From contig CAXVYR010000004.1 in assembly GCA_963666975.2 (NCBI GenBank), positions 576,001 through 640,000 of the forward strand: a DNA stretch of 64,000 nucleotides, written 5' to 3'. Every line of letters begins with the position of its first letter. Positions within the stretch are counted from its first letter, which is position 1. This document shows positions 63,604 through 64,000 of the stretch, in pieces. Position numbers and translations under genes: made by a program. Below the pieces are notes generated by a model that was not told the origin of the DNA, made no database searches, and saw nothing but the letters and a program-made list of their open reading frames with translations. Origin of the DNA: Terriglobia bacterium (GTDB taxonomy: Bacteria > Acidobacteriota > Terriglobia > 2-12-FULL-54-10).

Positions 63604-63826
63604 TGCTGGTCAGCCCCAGAAGCGGAAGCGGCAGCAGTCAGTCTCATCGAAGCTGCTTCCGAGATCCGCAACAAAAGTGATCCACCAGAATTGGGGATAG
63701 TCGCCGCCAAAGGTTGCCCAGGTTATAGGCAATGCTGGTCAGCCCCAGAAGCGGAAGCGGCAGCAGTCAGTCTCATCGAAGCTGCTTCCGAGATGGCAAA
63801 AAGTGATCCACCAGAATTGGGGATAG
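63570..63826. repeat. Near-identical ~129-bp tandem duplication
   Basis: 63570..63700 repeated at 63699..63826, differing only at GAGATCCGCAACAAAA vs GAGATGGCAAAAA. Confidence 0.93.
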
Positions 63827-64000
63827 GGAGTCCGATAGATGTTGTTCTACTTGGCGTACTCCCCGGACCGATCCGCCTCCGATGGAAGACGAAGTAGCTA
63901 GATCAAACCTGATGTTGGGGCGGTCGAACACCAGATGAGCCGATGCCAGTTGGCGAGTAGTCGGCATCTCGGAAAGTGAGCAGAAAACGTTCCCTTCCAG

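Noticed and set aside
63295-63897. 200-aa ORF with an internal repeat
   Set aside because: Antisense to the IS1380 remnant; the repeat comes from the 129-bp duplication

Overview
GC-rich bacterial chromosome segment, probably Acidobacteriota (inferred from rpoA/adk/r-protein sequence style and lineage-typical hypotheticals; not database-verified). The core is housekeeping: tpx, metK-ahcY-tldD-tldE, hisS-aspS-mutL-cmk, guaB, and a ~19.5 kb minus-strand str/S10/spc/alpha ribosomal superoperon (rpsL to rplQ) that lacks secY and infA at their usual positions. Both ends of the window carry pairs of paralogous amidohydrolase_3 (YtcJ-like) genes. The three complete ones have signal-peptide-like N-termini, and all four share a non-canonical predicted active site. 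Other accessory content: an OsmC gene behind a sigma54-like promoter with a MITE in its leader, a GH15 hydrolase, a cytochrome c-Vgb propeller fusion, a large coiled-coil protein with a class III nucleotidyl-cyclase domain, and a two-domain multicopper oxidase + ZIP transporter + DtxR module next to a feoB remnant. Several IS remnants (IS3, IS630, IS110, IS1380), a SRAP pseudogene, a 65-bp near-perfect inverted repeat and many short degenerate tandem repeats are present. Some junctions may be assembly artefacts. No tRNA, rRNA or CRISPR array was recognised.
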